A stretch of 64,000 nucleotides of DNA from sequence record PZ583738.1; one strand, 5' to 3'. Shown here piece after piece: positions 61,638 through 64,000 of this stretch (its first letter is position 1; each line of letters begins with the position of its first letter). Source of the DNA: a phage. The position numbers and the translations under genes were made by a program. Below the pieces are notes generated by a model. The model worked only from the letters and a program-made list of their open reading frames with translations. It did no database searches and was not told the origin of the DNA.

Positions 61638-61841
61638 ATGAGAATTAAAAATATCAAGATTGATGCAGTTAATACTGGTGATGAGGTTGTTATCTATCTT
61701 AATGATTATGCAATCTTTATGGACAGTGCCACTGATGAAGAAGTGGTTGAACTCTTACAGAAAGCTCCATTTGAACTGTGTGAAGAAGATGCTACCCATC
61801 TTTCATCAGCAATTTTCTCATTATCATATGTGGTGGAATAA
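61638..61841 (+). CDS. hypothetical small acidic protein
   Basis: 67 aa after early promoter/stem-loop cassette. Confidence 0.5.
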   Translation: MRIKNIKIDAVNTGDEVVIYLNDYAIFMDSATDEEVVELLQKAPFELCEEDATHLSSAIFSLSYVVE

Positions 61842-62035
61842 TGATTACTTTAGAACAAGCAAAGAGAATCTCTGCATTAGTTGCAGCAATTCGTGAAGCA
61901 GATGATGAAATGGCAGCTTATGCTTGGGCAGCCCCATCTGTATCTGGCGGTAAAGAATTAGAAGCAAAAGTTGGCAATGCTCTGGAAGCATTGGATATGT
62001 TCCTTGACGAAATTATTGATTACAGGACTGCATAA
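61841..62035 (+). CDS. small helical protein
   Basis: 64 aa, ATGA-coupled. Confidence 0.45.
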   Translation: MITLEQAKRISALVAAIREADDEMAAYAWAAPSVSGGKELEAKVGNALEALDMFLDEIIDYRTA

Positions 62036-62217
62036 TGTTAACTACTGAACAGATTGAGAAAATTATCAAACTCGCTTGGCACATTGAAAATGCATCCAAT
62101 GACCTGGCTGTTGAATATTGTGAAGGTTATTCATATTCTGGAATAGAACAGTGTAAGCGTGATTTGAATAGTTCTAAAGAAGAATTAATTGCTTATCTGA
62201 ATGGGTTGAAAGAATAA
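62035..62217 (+). CDS. small helical protein
   Basis: 60 aa, ATGA-coupled; ...KEELIAYLNGLKE. Confidence 0.45.
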   Translation: MLTTEQIEKIIKLAWHIENASNDLAVEYCEGYSYSGIEQCKRDLNSSKEELIAYLNGLKE

Positions 62218-62474
62218 TGGCTGTTGGATTTGCAAAAGATGGTGCTGAACAGTTAGAGATGGAAGCGGTTGTACAGGCCGCTATCACCCATGCGAGAGCA
62301 CAGGTTGCAGTTGAAAGGGAGTCTGCTGAATTCTGTTTTGACTGCGACGAAAAAATTCCTGAAGCGCGGAGACAAGCGATTAAAGGTGTGATATATTGTG
62401 TTGGTTGTCAATCAATGCATGATGAAATTTTTAAACGTGAACCAAGAAATTGTTGGCACAGGAGCATGAGATGA
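62217..62474 (+). CDS. DksA/TraR-family C4 zinc-finger protein
   Basis: 85 aa; CFDCDEKIPEARRQAIKGVIYCVGCQ matches the TraR/DksA C-x2-C-x17-C-x2-C zinc finger. Confidence 0.65.
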   Translation: MAVGFAKDGAEQLEMEAVVQAAITHARAQVAVERESAEFCFDCDEKIPEARRQAIKGVIYCVGCQSMHDEIFKREPRNCWHRSMR

Positions 62475-62565
62475 TTTATTACTTAGAACCCTGGGCTTGG
62501 TCAACAATGATTATAGGTCCTATTTTAATCGGTTTATTCTTTTCGTGGTTAGTGAGGAAAATGTA

Positions 62566-62781
62566 ATGTTATATGATCCAAGCGGCAATTCTGAAAATGG
62601 TGTGATTGTTCTGGAGCCTGAGCATCCAGTTGGTGACGTATACCGCCCAGTTGAAGTATGCGAATGTAATTTTGTTAAAGGTAATACCGGTGGGATTTCC
62701 ATTGAGCAAGATGATGATGTTATTTACCTGGATGCAAGCCAAGTAGAAGCACTTTATAGTATTTTAAAACATAACCGTTGA
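62566..62781 (+). CDS. hypothetical protein
   Basis: Track ORF starts at TTG; ATG at 62566 has RBS GAGGAAAA. Confidence 0.45.
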   Translation: MLYDPSGNSENGVIVLEPEHPVGDVYRPVEVCECNFVKGNTGGISIEQDDDVIYLDASQVEALYSILKHNR

Positions 62782-62791
62782 GGAACAGAAA

Positions 62792-63352
62792 ATGATTATT
62801 GAAACAACTGAATTGTTTGGCGAACTGACCGCTGAAGTAGTTAATAATGCAATTGAGCTTTGTCAAGAAGACGATAAAATCGTACTGACTATCCAAGATA
62901 TTAAACCACTTTATGATTTAAAGGTTTTGGATAAAGACGAATATCTTAGTGGTAGTTTTAGTGGTGTATTTGATATTAACGATGATGTATGTGCTCGCAT
63001 TTATAAGCACGATGGTGGGTTTAATATTGAAACAGATGAAAAATGTCTGAGCATTAGCGATTCTGATAAATTCTTTGATTGTATTTTCAAACTGTTCCAG
63101 GAAGAATGTAAGCCAGAAGTTGAATGGAAAGTCCCAGGTCAAGATGCAGTGATTCGCTCTAGTGAAACCTTTGACGGTGACGAAGAGGAATTGAATTATA
63201 ATACTGAACTGACTGTTGTTCAGCATGATGGTCGTGACCAACTATGTATTACCCAAGTACACGATGGTTTTAATGAAGTGGTATTTACTAAGGACGAGCT
63301 AAAAGTTTTAGTCTCTTATCTGAACTCTGTTATCCCAACTATGAACTCTTAA
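62792..63352 (+). CDS. hypothetical acidic protein
   Basis: 186 aa ORF with RBS. Confidence 0.5.
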   Translation: MIIETTELFGELTAEVVNNAIELCQEDDKIVLTIQDIKPLYDLKVLDKDEYLSGSFSGVFDINDDVCARIYKHDGGFNIETDEKCLSISDSDKFFDCIFKLFQEECKPEVEWKVPGQDAVIRSSETFDGDEEELNYNTELTVVQHDGRDQLCITQVHDGFNEVVFTKDELKVLVSYLNSVIPTMNS

Positions 63353-63362
63353 GGAAAATATT

Positions 63363-63815
63363 ATGATTATCAATGCAAACTCTTGGCACGTTAAATTACA
63401 CGACCGTTTTTATGACCGTCATTCTCGACCACACTCTTTGTGTGCTTACTTCTGGAAAATGGTTTGGGCTTGTTTTGTTTGTGCTATTGCTGCAGGTAGT
63501 ATTGGTTTTGGATTAACTGTTGCTGGCGCTGGTGTATTAGAGCATTTCTTTGTATTAAGTACTCCTGTTGGTTTGGGTTTGGGTTTTATTTTAGGACTAG
63601 CTACGCTGGCTCTTATTCTGGCAGTCGCATTTGGTTTGATGTATGGTCTAATGAATCTATGGACCTGGTATGATTTACGTAAAGAAGAAAAGGAATGGCA
63701 ACGCATTAAAGCTGAGCGTGAAGGCCGAGAAACTAAAGAAAACGTTTTCATTCAATATATCAAAGCTCGTAAATCTAAGATGTGTCCTATAATCCATTTT
63801 GAGGCGAAGAAATGA
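63363..63815 (+). CDS. hypothetical membrane protein
   Basis: 150 aa; multiple hydrophobic helices (FVCAIAAGSIGFGLTVAGAGVL, GLGFILGLATLALILAVAFGLMYG). Confidence 0.5.
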   Translation: MIINANSWHVKLHDRFYDRHSRPHSLCAYFWKMVWACFVCAIAAGSIGFGLTVAGAGVLEHFFVLSTPVGLGLGFILGLATLALILAVAFGLMYGLMNLWTWYDLRKEEKEWQRIKAEREGRETKENVFIQYIKARKSKMCPIIHFEAKK

Positions 63816-64000
63816 GAACAGTTATGAAAGGCTACTTCGGTAGCCACCTTTATGGAACAAGTACTCCAGAATCTGATGTCGATTTTAAAGAAATCTTTGT
63901 TCCGCATCCTCGTGATATTCTACTTGGGACGGCGATGAACCATACCAACCTGAACACGAATAACACGGCTACCAAAAATACAAAAGATGATGTTGACCAT
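63812..64000 (+). CDS. nucleotidyltransferase-fold protein, N-terminal fragment (runs off window end)
   Basis: Hand translation MRTVMKGYFGSHLYGTSTPESDVDFKEIF...; G-S-x10-D-V-D is the Pol-beta NTase signature; ATGA-coupled to previous ORF. Confidence 0.45.
   Translation, partial: MRTVMKGYFGSHLYGTSTPESDVDFKEIFVPHPRDILLGTAMNHTNLNTNNTATKNTKDDVDH

Overview
This window is a contiguous segment of a T4-like (Tevenvirinae-type) myovirus genome, AT-rich and densely coding, with T4 synteny recognised by eye from the translated proteins (no database search was run). Positions 1-36443 are mostly minus-strand late genes: the uvsW N-terminus, then inh-like, hoc and rnlB on the plus strand, then the head genes 24-23-22-21-68-67-20, tail, terminase and neck genes 19-18-17-16-15-14-13, wac, and baseplate genes 12-11-10-9-8-7-6, 5.4, 5 and 53. 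Many carry a TATAAATA late-promoter motif upstream. Positions 36492-64000 are plus-strand: genes 4, 2, 3, 1, 57A and 57B, a tandem array of internal-protein genes carrying the MKTYQEFI capsid-targeting leader, two tRNAs (CAU and Arg-UCU), and a long accessory block of small early genes that includes nudE, e (lysozyme), denV, regB, tk and rI. Six freestanding homing-endonuclease-like genes interrupt the conserved modules. The accessory block is punctuated by repeated early-promoter/stem-loop cassettes and by DNA-level conserved gene junctions. I found no CRISPR array, restriction-modification system or other canonical defence system. The most promising unexplored candidates are the diversified array of capsid-targeted internal proteins, an immediate-early gene block at 45.9-50.4 kb, a macro-domain protein, and two nucleotidyltransferase-fold proteins. 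Promoter and terminator coordinates are hand-counted and approximate.
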